Assembly: GCA_043732305.1 (NCBI GenBank) | Contig: JAYTHU010000181.1 | Span: 1 to 26,252 of the forward strand | From: Oligoflexia bacterium | GTDB lineage: Bacteria; Bdellovibrionota; Bdellovibrionia; JABDDW01 | DNA length: 26,252 bases | Reading direction: 5' to 3' | Shown: piece by piece, positions 9,598 to 19,785 of the stretch | Layout of the letters: every line of letters starts with the position of its first letter | How positions within the stretch are numbered: the first letter of the stretch is position 1 | Notes under the pieces: model-generated | What the model saw: only the letters and a program-made list of their open reading frames with translations | What the model was told of the DNA's origin: nothing | Database searches by the model: none | Translations under genes and position numbers: made by a program

Positions 9598-9825
9598 AAA
9601 ATCTCCAAAACTAGAGCAGCATTGCGTGCGCCGAAAATAAATGTATTTGGAATTGTTTTGCCGAGCTTTTCTTTAACCTTCACATGAAAATAAATTCCCT
9701 CATTCACAGAACAAACTATTTCTTTTTTAAAATTCACGTGACTCATCAGAAAACTCATCGACGCACTACATTGGCGCGATAAATACAATTACTGCCTCCT
9801 TTATACGGAGGTCCCAGGATCAAAG

Positions 9826-10458
9826 TCAAAGACGTTCTACGATGGGTAAATGACCGTAACGAAGCTTATCATAAGTCTCGTCACTAAGAATTATGGGTTC
9901 ACAAATTGGTTTGTTGGTAACAGGATCAAAAAAAGGTGAGGGCCTAACTTTACCTAGTAAAAATCCTTTGGCCATACTTTTTAATAATTTAAAAATAAAC
10001 TTAGGACGAACAGAATCTGGAGTTCCTTCGGAGAGTTTACCTATAGCAAATTTCCCGTATATTCCATCAATGTCTGAGCCAAGCGCTTCTGACCTATTTT
10101 TTTCTAATTTACGCAAATCAACCATCGTCACAAAAATATTAGCAAAAGGAAGTTTTCCATTAATGGTGTTGGCTACTGGAGTTTTACAACAACCTGCAAA
10201 CCAACGAGTGATCCCATCACTACTCAGTTTGATTGATTTCAGATTGCCTAGACCATGCGTGAATTTAATGTCGACAGGGTACACAGGAAGAACCAAACTT
10301 CCACCATTGGCATCTAAAATCTCATTCGAATTTCCCAAATACCTCGGAAATGTTTGGCAGTCTCCGCAGTAACAAATCACTTGCCATGCCTGGCCGAGAG
10401 TTATGCCTGAAACTTCACCTTGTATTTCGCCGCATTTACATTTGAGTGGAATGTTCAT
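9826..10458 (-). CDS. DUF6151/GFA-like Cys-rich Zn-binding protein
   Basis: CKCG, CYCGDCQ, RWFAGCCKTPVAN, PSPFFD motifs. Confidence 0.85.
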   Translation of the reverse strand: MNIPLKCKCGEIQGEVSGITLGQAWQVICYCGDCQTFPRYLGNSNEILDANGGSLVLPVYPVDIKFTHGLGNLKSIKLSSDGITRWFAGCCKTPVANTINGKLPFANIFVTMVDLRKLEKNRSEALGSDIDGIYGKFAIGKLSEGTPDSVRPKFIFKLLKSMAKGFLLGKVRPSPFFDPVTNKPICEPIILSDETYDKLRYGHLPIVERL

Positions 10459-10583
10459 GCCTGAATAAAATCACGAACCTGTTTGCAAGTCTAATGCTGT
10501 TTTTTCTACATTTCATTCGGAATGACCTTGACTCCAAACTCGCTCAGTCCCAAGCTTTACTGAAATAACAAATAGGAGACCTC

Positions 10584-11126
10584 ATGGAAAAACTTACAGA
10601 AATTCCCGTCCGCAAAAATGGCAAAGACACAAATCTTGGAGAATTCAAAGGCAAAGTTATGCTGGTTGTGAATGTTGCATCAAAGTGCGGTCTCACCCCT
10701 CAGTATGAACGACTTGAAAAATTGTACGAAGAATACAAAGGCAAAGGTTTTGTGATTGCAGGTTTTCCCGCAAATGAATTTGCAGCTCAAGAACCTGGAA
10801 CAAATGCTGAGATTCAAGAGTTTTGTCAGATGAACTTTGGCATTAATTTTCCAATATTTGAAAAAATTGTAGTCAAAGGCGAAGCCCAACATCCGCTTTA
10901 CAAGTTTCTGACCAAAGCTGCTCCCAAAGCATTTAAAAAATCCGATGACTTTGCTAATAAGCTCAAGGGTCACGGATTGCTTTCAGGTGGTTCATCCGAA
11001 ATCATGTGGAATTTTGAAAAATTTCTGGTGAATAAAAATGGCGAAGTCGTTGGCCGATTTGCTCCGGATATTGAACCCAATGATCCAGTGATTATCGAAG
11101 CCATTGAAAAAGAATTGAAAAGCTGA
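10584..11126 (+). CDS. btuE: Glutathione peroxidase (BtuE-type, Cys)
   Basis: VNVASKCGLTPQY, GFPANEF, QEPG, WNFEKFLV; AGGAG RBS. Confidence 0.92.
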   Translation: MEKLTEIPVRKNGKDTNLGEFKGKVMLVVNVASKCGLTPQYERLEKLYEEYKGKGFVIAGFPANEFAAQEPGTNAEIQEFCQMNFGINFPIFEKIVVKGEAQHPLYKFLTKAAPKAFKKSDDFANKLKGHGLLSGGSSEIMWNFEKFLVNKNGEVVGRFAPDIEPNDPVIIEAIEKELKS

Positions 11127-11139
11127 TTTAGAATCAACT

Positions 11140-11373
11140 TCAATTCATATTTTCTTTGTTCCTTGAGGGAATTACTTCGCGGATATCGCAACTTTCGGTA
11201 TCCGCATCAAACACTATCTTGGCTTTTTTCTCGCGCAAAAGATAATAAACATCTTCCACTTTAGAAGCGAAGGGAACTTCATTCACTCCATAGTCAGTGC
11301 CATCCCGAGTGACAAACTCTTCGATTAAAGCACGTAAGGTTTCAGGCTGTAAGTTTTCCCAGGGAACATCCAT
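11140..11373 (-). CDS. yheU: YheU (UPF0270) family protein
   Basis: VPWENLQPETLRALIEEFVTRDGTDYG signature. Confidence 0.92.
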   Translation of the reverse strand: MDVPWENLQPETLRALIEEFVTRDGTDYGVNEVPFASKVEDVYYLLREKKAKIVFDADTESCDIREVIPSRNKENMN

Positions 11374-11378
11374 AACTC

Positions 11379-11407
11379 ACTTTAAGTTTCGCTCGAAAAA
11401 AATTCAA
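11379..11407 (-). promoter_or_regulatory. sigma70-type promoter for a leaderless yheU transcript
   Basis: TTGAAT-17 nt-TAAAGT-5 nt-ATG; no SD sequence. Confidence 0.65.
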
Positions 11408-11575
11408 CAACTCTTTTGAAAACGGCTTATATGACCTGCGGGCGACTCTCTTGCAAATTCTTAGCAAAGCTTTCTCCAGGTTTCAAAAAGTTTCCTGATA
11501 CTGGAGTAAAGTTTACTTCGATCCTTGAAGTTCAGTGGCATCCCAATAGAGTTTTGCATCTTGGTTACGCCACAT

Positions 11576-11956
11576 TTATTTTATGGAATGAATACCAAAG
11601 ACGTTTCCCTCCGTATCAACACCAACACTGATAAAACCAAATTCTCCGATTGAACTTTTAGGCTTTTGAAGTTTACCACCGGCATCTTTTATTTTTTTCT
11701 CTTCAATCGCGCAATCTTGCGATGCGAAATAGACAACGACGCTATTGCCAGCTTTACTATCAAACCCTTTTTCCAGCACCAACGAACCGCCAGAACCTTT
11801 TGAAAATTGATCCATTGGGAACCCCCACATTTCTAAACTTTCGTGGGTACTGGGAAGAGAAGTAAGCTTGGTTGAAAATACTTCTTCATAGAATTTTTTC
11901 GCACGAGGCATATCTTGAACGTACATTTCGAACCAACCAACGGGATTATTTTTCAC
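11576..11956 (-). CDS. VOC/glyoxalase family protein
   Basis: NPVGWFEMYVQDMPRAKKFY...DTEGNVFGIHS; start reassigned to GTG 11956 behind an AGGAGG RBS. Confidence 0.92.
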   Translation of the reverse strand: MKNNPVGWFEMYVQDMPRAKKFYEEVFSTKLTSLPSTHESLEMWGFPMDQFSKGSGGSLVLEKGFDSKAGNSVVVYFASQDCAIEEKKIKDAGGKLQKPKSSIGEFGFISVGVDTEGNVFGIHSIK

Positions 11957-12084
11957 AACAGACCTCCTAAAAGGGACTAAACGGGTTAATTTTCCCCAGA
12001 TTTCATGGGCAACCCTTCTAGACAGCAATTGTCGGGCCACACGTTTAACCTGGAATGACTTATGGGATTACGGTAGATACCCCT

Positions 12085-12711
12085 ATGCGAAATGACGTGG
12101 AAGGAAAATTGAAAACTGTGCATGTGCGAATGCGAAGTTGCCGCAAGTGTGAAAATGTTTGCGGAGGCGCGGTCACCGGACCAGCCATGGAAACCTCCAT
12201 CATGATCATCGGTCAAGCCCCGGGCATACACGAGGGCCACCTTGGAAGACCGTTTGCATTCACTGCGGGCAAAACACTTTTCAAATGGTTGGAACAATCC
12301 ACCGGTGCAAACGAAGAAACTGTTCGCGAACTTGTTTATTTTTCTGCGGTCGCCAGATGTTTTCCTGGAAAAGCAAAAAGTGGTTCAGGCGACAGAGTGC
12401 CAAGTCCAATTGAAATTGAAAATTGCCGTGTGAATCTCAAAGACGAAATTCAAGCACTCAAACCAAAATTAATTTTAGCTGTCGGAAGACTCGCAATTTC
12501 TGAAACCTTAAAAGACAAATTCGCCAAAACAGATACTCTTGAAAAAGTAGTGGGCAAGAAATTTACAATAAATTTATACGGCGAAACTGTGAATGTTATT
12601 CCTCTACCTCACCCGAGCGGAGTTTCCAGATGGCCACAAACAGAACCCGGAAAAACTAAACTCAAGCACGCCTTAAATCTCATTTCGAAAGAATTTAAAA
12701 TTTTATTGTGA
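12085..12711 (+). CDS. Uracil-DNA glycosylase superfamily protein (family 4/5-like, probable 4Fe-4S)
   Basis: CRKC, IIGQAPG, ARCFPG, IENC, LPHPSG; start uncertain (12055 or 12085). Confidence 0.88.
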   Translation: MRNDVEGKLKTVHVRMRSCRKCENVCGGAVTGPAMETSIMIIGQAPGIHEGHLGRPFAFTAGKTLFKWLEQSTGANEETVRELVYFSAVARCFPGKAKSGSGDRVPSPIEIENCRVNLKDEIQALKPKLILAVGRLAISETLKDKFAKTDTLEKVVGKKFTINLYGETVNVIPLPHPSGVSRWPQTEPGKTKLKHALNLISKEFKILL

Positions 12712-13041
12712 TTTAGATAAGCTGAAACCATAATTCTCGGACACGAATAATCGATGGGCGAGAATGAAGAATCTGACGGTATTACTTTTCTGGCGCGAGG
12801 ATTGTCCTTTGTAGACTCCATCAAAGCGTGCGATATAAATGATTTTAGAAATGTTCCATCTGAGATCTTTGTCCCGCGAGACTTATAGTGCTTTCTCCGT
12901 GGATTTACAATAAAAGAGGAATAACGAATAGAGGATCTTGAGGCTCTAGAAAGTTTGAAAAGTGGCGCGAGAGCATCCGATGAAGTGCTTCATTGGGGAT
13001 TTATTCATGACTTCGCAAAATAACTCACTATTGAGGATAAA

Positions 13042-14511
13042 ATGATTCGTTTTGATAACACCTTTGCGAGATTGCCGGAGCGTTTTTCTGCGAAGCAGAA
13101 AGCGGCAATATTTCCTAATCCAAAATTAATCCAGTGGAACGAAGACCTAGCTCTGGAGCTGGGAATTTCCCGCGTTGGCAAATCAGATGATGATCTTGCA
13201 CAAATATTTTCCGGGCAAAGCCTTATTGAATCATCCGACCCTATCGCAACCACCTATGCGGGACATCAGTTTGCACATTTTAATCCTCAACTGGGAGATG
13301 GGCGCGCACTTTTATTGGGTGAAATGTTAAGTCCGACAGGCCAGAGATTCGATATTCAATTGAAAGGTTCCGGTGAAACTCCGTTTTCAAGACGAGGTGA
13401 CGGAAAATCGGCGATGGGTCCGGTGATTCGAGAATACATCGTGAGTGAAGCAATGTTTCACCTTGAAGTTCCAACCACGAGAGCACTTGCTGCCGTCAGC
13501 ACTGGGGAAAATGTTTACAGAGAAAGTGAAATGCCAGGAGCTGTGCTCACTCGAGTGGCCGCAAGTCATATCCGAATTGGACACTTTGAATATTTTGCTT
13601 CTCGTGGTGATGTCGAAGGGCTTGAAATTTTAACCAAGCATGCCGTTCATCGGCATTATCCTGAAATAGAAAATGACGGCGATTATATTTTCTTGTTTTT
13701 TCAAAAAGTTATGCAACGTCAAGCCGTTTTGATTGCGCAATGGATGGACATTGGATTTATTCACGGCGTGATGAACACTGACAACATGCTAATCTCGGGA
13801 GACACGATTGACTACGGACCGTGCGCATTCATGGACATTTTTAACTATGAACAGGTCTATAGTTCAATCGATAGAAACGGACGTTACGCCTATAAAAATC
13901 AGCCACAGATTGCGCAATGGAATTTGTCTCGGTTGGCGGAATGCCTGTTACTTTTGACAGACGCACAGTCTCCAGAAGTTATTAAAGTTTTTGAAAAAGC
14001 TCTCGATGACTTTTCAAATATTTATCAAAACGAGTGGACCCGTCGTATGGGAAATAAGCTTGGATTATCATCGAAACCATTGAAAGAAGAACCGGGAAAT
14101 GTGGAGATCATAAGTTTGTGGCTCGATTACTTGCAAGCTGAAAAGTTAGATTACACAAACAGTTTCAGAAAACTCGGCGAGCATTTAACTTCAGAGATTT
14201 CTTTATTCAGCGAGTCCGAGAAATTTAAATCATTCAAAACGAAATGGAAATCCAGGTTAAAAATCGGTAGCATTAAAAACCACGACACTCAGCGGATAAA
14301 ATCCCAAATGGATAAATCTAATCCCATTTACATTCCACGTAATCATCAAGTTGAACGAGCAATACAAGGAGCTATCACCGGAGACTATTCGGTTTTCCGA
14401 GAAATGATACAGGTTATGAAGAAGCCATTTGAGGAACAAGCAGGGTTTGAAAAGTACAAACTTCCTCCGAAACCAGACGAAGTAATCAAAAATACTTTTT
14501 GCGGAACTTAG
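13042..14511 (+). CDS. ydiU: Protein adenylyltransferase SelO/YdiU
   Basis: YAGHQF, LGDGRA, QLKGSGETPFSRRGDG, HGVMNTDN, IDYGP, C-terminal TFCGT. Confidence 0.96.
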   Translation: MIRFDNTFARLPERFSAKQKAAIFPNPKLIQWNEDLALELGISRVGKSDDDLAQIFSGQSLIESSDPIATTYAGHQFAHFNPQLGDGRALLLGEMLSPTGQRFDIQLKGSGETPFSRRGDGKSAMGPVIREYIVSEAMFHLEVPTTRALAAVSTGENVYRESEMPGAVLTRVAASHIRIGHFEYFASRGDVEGLEILTKHAVHRHYPEIENDGDYIFLFFQKVMQRQAVLIAQWMDIGFIHGVMNTDNMLISGDTIDYGPCAFMDIFNYEQVYSSIDRNGRYAYKNQPQIAQWNLSRLAECLLLLTDAQSPEVIKVFEKALDDFSNIYQNEWTRRMGNKLGLSSKPLKEEPGNVEIISLWLDYLQAEKLDYTNSFRKLGEHLTSEISLFSESEKFKSFKTKWKSRLKIGSIKNHDTQRIKSQMDKSNPIYIPRNHQVERAIQGAITGDYSVFREMIQVMKKPFEEQAGFEKYKLPPKPDEVIKNTFCGT

Positions 14512-14605
14512 AGCAGCGTGAGGGAAAATATGAATCTGATTGTTCCAACTCATTGAGAGACAAGCCCGATTGTGTTTTGAAGCTTCAGAAACTTCCTTAG
14601 GTAAA

Positions 14606-15373
14606 TTATCGTGATGAATCAACTGGAATCACTGGAGATAAAATAAGAGGTAAAATATCTTGCATTGTCTTTCCGGGAAACATCTCCAGGATCTGATCGA
14701 TGATGTTTCTACGCCACGGCACCTGAGAAGATCGCCTGTCGAGCTGAATGACGTGAAAGTAATTTGCAATAATACTCGTTCTCTCCAATTGCCGAAAATA
14801 CTCTGTACTCACAGCAACAACAGCTCCGACTCCGCCATTTTTCTGCCTCTCTATCAGGAAATTTAGTAAATCCACTGTCTTTTAATCTCAGCGGCGCGTC
14901 CCTCAGGAACATATGACTCTGGTCAAACCTCATCTTTTCTCTAATCTGAAGATTCGACTTTCACCCATTTTTTCCCAACGGGACCTTCTCTAAAATACAA
15001 ATAAGGGAATCTCTCCAACGCTAAAATGTCCCTAGCCACTTTAAGATGCAAACTTTTTCCCGAACCTATTTTTCCATACAATAAAATTGGCTTGCTGCCC
15101 GGGAAAAAACTCGAACCGTCTAACAAATTTTGGATTTTCGATCGATCTAGACATGTTCCTTCAATTGAATCAAAAAAGGTAAGAAGGAAATTTTTTGGAT
15201 TTTTTCCACGCAACTATTTGTTCGAGTACTCCTGGACAATTGGTACTAGACAAGTACGCGTACAATTGTTTGGCTTGCATGATTTTTAAGAGTTCTTTGT
15301 TGTTCACGCCAAATGCAAATTCCGAGAAAAAGATCCAGATCGAAACAAACAACATCACTACATATCGACTAAT
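14606..15373 (-). pseudogene. Fragmented signal-peptide-bearing P-loop/AAA+ ATPase
   Basis: GAGGAG RBS, then ATT (15373) and a signal peptide ending AFG. A frameshift leads to a piece with Walker A PILLYGKIGSGKS. After further stops, a piece reads GAVVAVSTEYFRQLERTSIIANYFHVIQL, resembling the ClpA/B NBD1 sensor-1 region. Confidence 0.6.
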
Positions 15374-15438
15374 AACGTCTCCTCTCGATGCTTATTCACC
15401 GAGCGATAGGCATTTATTGCAAAAAGCATTCCTGAATT

Positions 15439-16431
15439 CTAATTTAAGGTTTGAGCGATTAACTCGAAGGAGCGCAGGCGCGCCGCATGATCGAATACAT
15501 CTGAAATAATTATTAGTTCATCAGCGTGCGTTTCTTGAACGAGTTTTTCTAGCCCCGCCCGTACCGTGGACGGTGAACCCACCACACTACGAGCAAGCAT
15601 TTGCATGACTTGAGCTTTCTCAGCTTGACTCCAATATGCTTCAATATCATCAATTGGGTGCCGACTAAAATGGCGTGCCCCTTTAATTAAATCTGTGAAT
15701 GACATCTGTTGAGTGGTCCAAAGCTTGCGCGCTTCTTCATCCGATTCTGCTGCAATTACATTTACCCCAACCATGGCATAAGGTTTCTCAAGTTGACCTG
15801 AAGCCTTGAAATAACGTCTGTAAGTATCAAGTGCGGCCCTCAGTTCACGCGGAGCAAAGTGTGAAGCGAAAGAATAGGGAAGTCCAAGTTCTGCTGCGAG
15901 CCTTGCACCAAAGGTACTTGAACCAAGAATCCAAAGCGGAACATTTGTTCCAATGCCTGGCACCGCTCGAACTTTTTGATTTGGTTCAGCGGGGCCTAAG
16001 AAATATTGTAACTCTTGGACATCTTGAGCAAAATTTTCTGAAGCTGCAGGCGTGCGGCGCATGGCTCCGATGGTTGCCATGTCAGTTCCGGGAGCTCGAC
16101 CAAGTCCAAGATCTATACGTCCTGGATATAAATGTTCCAACGTTCCAAATTGTTCGGCGATAATAAGTGGAGAATGATTCGGCAACATGATGCCACCCGC
16201 TCCAACTCGAATTGATTTAGTTCCAGAGGCAATATGTGAAACCACAATTGAAGTTGCCGATGAAGCAATACCAAGAAAATTATGATGTTCCGCAACCCAT
16301 ATTCGATTGTATCCCCAACTTTCAGCGTGTTGCGCCACATCCCGCGCGTGATCGAGTGCGATACGCACATTTGTTTTTTCTGTGATTCGAGCTAAATCCA
16401 ATATTGATAACGGAACTATTTTTTTTGTCAT
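15439..16431 (-). CDS. LLM-class flavin-dependent oxidoreductase (luciferase-like, YhbW type)
   Basis: [46 protein letters not shown]. Confidence 0.95.
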   Translation of the reverse strand: MTKKIVPLSILDLARITEKTNVRIALDHARDVAQHAESWGYNRIWVAEHHNFLGIASSATSIVVSHIASGTKSIRVGAGGIMLPNHSPLIIAEQFGTLEHLYPGRIDLGLGRAPGTDMATIGAMRRTPAASENFAQDVQELQYFLGPAEPNQKVRAVPGIGTNVPLWILGSSTFGARLAAELGLPYSFASHFAPRELRAALDTYRRYFKASGQLEKPYAMVGVNVIAAESDEEARKLWTTQQMSFTDLIKGARHFSRHPIDDIEAYWSQAEKAQVMQMLARSVVGSPSTVRAGLEKLVQETHADELIIISDVFDHAARLRSFELIAQTLN

Positions 16432-16464
16432 GCCCAGCAATATGGGTATGAGCGAGTGGTTTGT

Positions 16465-16518
16465 CTAGCTTTGCAAGTTCTCTAGTTTGCAAGTTCCCTA
16501 GTTTTGCAAGTTCCCTAG
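16465..16518. repeat. 16-17 bp tandem repeat, about 3.3 copies
   Basis: CTAGCTTTGCAAGTTCT / CTAGTTTGCAAGTTCC / CTAGTTTTGCAAGTTCC / CTAG. Confidence 0.9.
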
Positions 16519-16594
16519 AGATGCATTCCGCCGGTGGCTTCACCTAAATGTTTTCTTTTTCAAAGGGAATGATACTCTCTTAGGTGGAGGATTC

Positions 16595-17110
16595 ATGAAC
16601 ATTCAACCAACATTAATCGGCGAGCTCTTAGAGCTTAGACCACTGAGAAAAGAAGATTATGCAGGCCTTTTCAAAGCAGCTTCTGATCCACTTATTTGGG
16701 AAATGCATCCACAACCAGATCGTTTCAAGCCTGAAGTTTTTAAATTATTTTTTGCTGAAGCCATCGCCTCCGGTGGAGCACTGGCGATTCTCAATGCTGC
16801 AAGTTCTGAAATTATAGGTACTTCGCGGTATTATGAATTCTCTATTGAAAGCTCATCTGTGATCATTGGCTATACTTTTATGGCGAGAAAATATTGGGGC
16901 GGAATTTATAATCGAGAACTTAAAAAGCTAATGGTGAATCACGCTCTGCAGTTTGTGAAGACAACATTTTTTCAGGTGGGCTTGAGCAACAAACGTTCGC
17001 AAAAAGCAATGGAGAAAATAGGTGGAGTGAACACGGGGATTCAAGAAATTCCAATCTCCTACGGACCGCCTAAGAAATCTTATATTTATAAAATTGAGAA
17101 GGCACTCTAG
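16595..17110 (+). CDS. GNAT family N-acetyltransferase (RimJ/RimL-like)
   Basis: ASDPLIWEMHP, IIGYTFMARKYWGG, NKRSQKAMEKIG; GGAGG RBS. Confidence 0.92.
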   Translation: MNIQPTLIGELLELRPLRKEDYAGLFKAASDPLIWEMHPQPDRFKPEVFKLFFAEAIASGGALAILNAASSEIIGTSRYYEFSIESSSVIIGYTFMARKYWGGIYNRELKKLMVNHALQFVKTTFFQVGLSNKRSQKAMEKIGGVNTGIQEIPISYGPPKKSYIYKIEKAL

Positions 17111-17149
17111 TCTCCTTCAAGTAATTCTGTAACGACTATTAAGCTAAGC

Positions 17150-17488
17150 TTAGTTTACTAAAATCTGCACGGCGATTCGGATCCAAATTATAAGTAAAAT
17201 CACGACTGAGACGGTAAAACTTCTGAACCGAAATTTAACTCGATTGCTCGTGCAATGAATATAACTATGGATAAATCGAACGGTTGCATTGAGCCAAGAC
17301 AGCGCTATGTAGATCCCGTCAACTTTAGACAATACGAAAACAATAATACTTGCCGCGGAAAACAACACCGGCATCTCAAAAGATTCTCAAAATTTTCTGA
17401 TGGATTAACCACCTCACTAAAAATTTTCGCCTCAAGTAGGGGATCGGAAAGCGACTGAACATGGACCTGATGCTTTTTGATCTGTCAT
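17150..17488 (-). pseudogene. MAPEG-family membrane protein relic
   Basis: SENFENL|EMPVLF (1-nt loss in the T-run of NLFE), RFIHSYIHCTSNRVKFRF. ATG 17488 (MTDQKA) is out of frame and the first TM helix is missing. Confidence 0.78.
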
Positions 17489-17543
17489 TTGAGTGTTAAA
17501 TTAGAGTAAAGATAGAAATGCAAAATGAAGCAGAGGGTGATGC

Positions 17544-17765
17544 GTGCAAATAAATTTACTTACAGTGTTTGGCTTTGTCGCGGTGGGAATGATGTTGGGA
17601 TTCTACACCTTTGAAGAGCGTTCACCTTGGTGCGTGCTGGGCTTCGCATTCTCTTGCGTGCTTGCCAGTGTCTACGGATTTCTTCAAGGCACCTGGCCAT
17701 TTGCAGCTGTTGAAGCAATCTGGGCAGTGGTGGCTTTCCAAAGATGGTGGAAGCGGAAAAGCTAG
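17544..17765 (+). CDS. Small conserved membrane protein (about 3 TM)
   Basis: GAGGG RBS; FGFVAVGMMLGFYTFEERS...YGFLQGTWPFAAVEAIW matches a widespread hypothetical family. Confidence 0.8.
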   Translation: MQINLLTVFGFVAVGMMLGFYTFEERSPWCVLGFAFSCVLASVYGFLQGTWPFAAVEAIWAVVAFQRWWKRKS

Positions 17766-17788
17766 ACCTTCGGTCCTGCTCCGAAGTC

Positions 17789-19729
17789 TCAATTGAGCTC
17801 ATCAACCGGAGTGGAACTTGTGATTCGATTTCTTTTGAACTCACTTAACTCTTCTTTAACCATAAGAAATTCAAATCTGATGGCATTTATAGTCACATCG
17901 ACACCGCCGAGTTTTTTTTCTCCGCTTAGAGTTTCTAAAACCCCACATAGCTTAGCCATATTTGAGGCTCCAACTGTTGCACTGGCGGATTTCAAATTAT
18001 GAGCTATTTTTTCGACACCTAAGAAGCTTCCTTTTTCATAAACGTTTTCAAGTTCTTTTATTCTTTCAGGAGTGTAGGTTAAAAATGTTTCAATAACCTC
18101 ATCTACTATCTCCGTCTGATCGCCTAACTGATCTCGAAGAGTCAAAAGTTGAGCGGTATCCAGGGTAGGATTGCCATTGGTCAAAGTGAAGACCACTTCG
18201 GTGGCATTTACAGAATTTTTAGAAGTATTGAGGTCTGGCGACTGGAATTTCATCCATTTGTTTAGCGCGGTAACAAGTTGATCAACTCTAATAGGCTTAG
18301 AAAGATAATCATCCATGCCCGCTTGCAGGCATCTCTCTTGATTTTCTTTGGATGCGTATGCCGTAAGGGCGATGATAGGAGTGTGCCGGTCACTCGCAGC
18401 CTCTAATTCTCTTATTTTTTGAGTCGTCTCATACCCATCCATTTTTGGCATGTGGCAATCCATCAAAATAGCGTCATAGTGATCTTTTGTAACAAGTGCC
18501 AAAGCTTCGCTGCCATCCTGTGCGGAATCAACATGGCATCCGAGTTTTTGTAAAGTCTTTGTCGCAACCAATAAATTAACTTCGTTATCCTCTACGACAA
18601 GAATTTTTTTATCAGAACTTGTTTTAGGCAAGGTCTTAGAAGAAAAATCGCTTATTATTTTCTTTTCTCCTTTTTCTAAGGGAAGAGAAAACCAGAAAGT
18701 TGAACCACGCCCAACCTCACTCACTACTCCAATCTCGCCGCCCATGAGTCCAACAAGCCGTTTACATATTGAAAGCCCTAAACCAGTTCCACCGTATTTG
18801 CGGGTCGTTGAAATATCCTCTTGAACAAATGCATCAAAAATTTTTCCTTGAGCTTCTTGAGCTACACCGACCCCGGTATCAATGACTTTGAATTTCACAT
18901 TTAGAAATTCATTTTCTTGATTTTGTAGCTGGACTATTAATTGAATGCGGCCTTCCTCAGTAAACTTAACTGCGTTGGAGAGAAGGTTTAAAAGCACCTG
19001 AGAAATACGCGAAGGATCTCCTTTTAAGAAGGTGGGCAGATCGGGATCAATTCTGTAGGAAATCTCTAACTTTTTGTTTCTAGCTATTTGGCTAACGAGA
19101 CTAACACTTTGATGAATTTTTTCGGAAAGCTTGAAATCTATAGTCTCAATTTGGATCTTTCCAAAATCAAGTTTTGAAAAATCTAAGATATCATTGACGA
19201 GCGATAAAAGTATCTCGCTCGACTCTTGAATTTTATTTATATATGCCTTGGCTTCAGGGGGGATACCTTCAACATCATTGACGATATTTGTTAAGCCTAT
19301 AACTGCATTTATTGGCGTTCTTATTTCATGGGTAACATTAGCGACAAAACTTTCTTTCTGATGAATGTAGTCCAAAGCTTTTTCGGTGGCTTTTTTTGCT
19401 TTCTCCCTTTCCTCATACAGAGACCCTGTTAGCGAACTAATAACAAATGCGCCAACGGTGAATCCCAAAAATTGAATGGTTCCTTCGATAGATGTTATAT
19501 AAAAAGTATTTACTGGAGGAATAAACAAATAAAGATTTATAAGTGAGCAGACTGCCGCGGAGAGTATGCCTGGCCCACGCCCCCCATAAACACTGCTTAA
19601 AGTCATAACCAAGAAAAAAACAGGAACTGAATTTAGGCTAATGCCATGAATAGTGGCTTTTATTATAAGACCTACTACACTCACAGAAAGTGCAAAACCG
19701 TATCTCTTATAAATAGTTTTTCGACTCAT
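17789..19729 (-). CDS. Hybrid sensor histidine kinase (DUF4118-like TM, HisKA, HATPase, REC, HPt)
   Basis: Four TM segments with [43 protein letters not shown], HPt AHNLKSAS; start 19729 or 19783. Confidence 0.93.
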   Translation of the reverse strand: MSRKTIYKRYGFALSVSVVGLIIKATIHGISLNSVPVFFLVMTLSSVYGGRGPGILSAAVCSLINLYLFIPPVNTFYITSIEGTIQFLGFTVGAFVISSLTGSLYEEREKAKKATEKALDYIHQKESFVANVTHEIRTPINAVIGLTNIVNDVEGIPPEAKAYINKIQESSEILLSLVNDILDFSKLDFGKIQIETIDFKLSEKIHQSVSLVSQIARNKKLEISYRIDPDLPTFLKGDPSRISQVLLNLLSNAVKFTEEGRIQLIVQLQNQENEFLNVKFKVIDTGVGVAQEAQGKIFDAFVQEDISTTRKYGGTGLGLSICKRLVGLMGGEIGVVSEVGRGSTFWFSLPLEKGEKKIISDFSSKTLPKTSSDKKILVVEDNEVNLLVATKTLQKLGCHVDSAQDGSEALALVTKDHYDAILMDCHMPKMDGYETTQKIRELEAASDRHTPIIALTAYASKENQERCLQAGMDDYLSKPIRVDQLVTALNKWMKFQSPDLNTSKNSVNATEVVFTLTNGNPTLDTAQLLTLRDQLGDQTEIVDEVIETFLTYTPERIKELENVYEKGSFLGVEKIAHNLKSASATVGASNMAKLCGVLETLSGEKKLGGVDVTINAIRFEFLMVKEELSEFKRNRITSSTPVDELN

Positions 19730-19785
19730 TTTCTCGTTAAAATTTAGAAACTTTCTGAGCACACACACTCCCACTATTGACACGG

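Noticed and set aside
9725..9760. CTGATGAG on the minus strand as a hammerhead ribozyme core
   Set aside because: No stem II closed by GAAA and no flanking stems
11408..11575. Short ORFs between the VOC gene and yheU, including 11416-11631 (+)
   Set aside because: No RBS or motif support; possibly decayed DNA
12721..13023. Protein-like + frame with three internal stops
   Set aside because: May be another relic, but no family is recognisable and the stop density is not clearly below chance
5800..14511. UGA-Sec recoding in selD, GPx or SelO
   Set aside because: Active-site positions are Cys codons and the ORFs are complete without readthrough
16465..16518. Tandem repeat as a CRISPR array
   Set aside because: Units are 16-17 bp, contiguous with no spacers, and there are no cas genes
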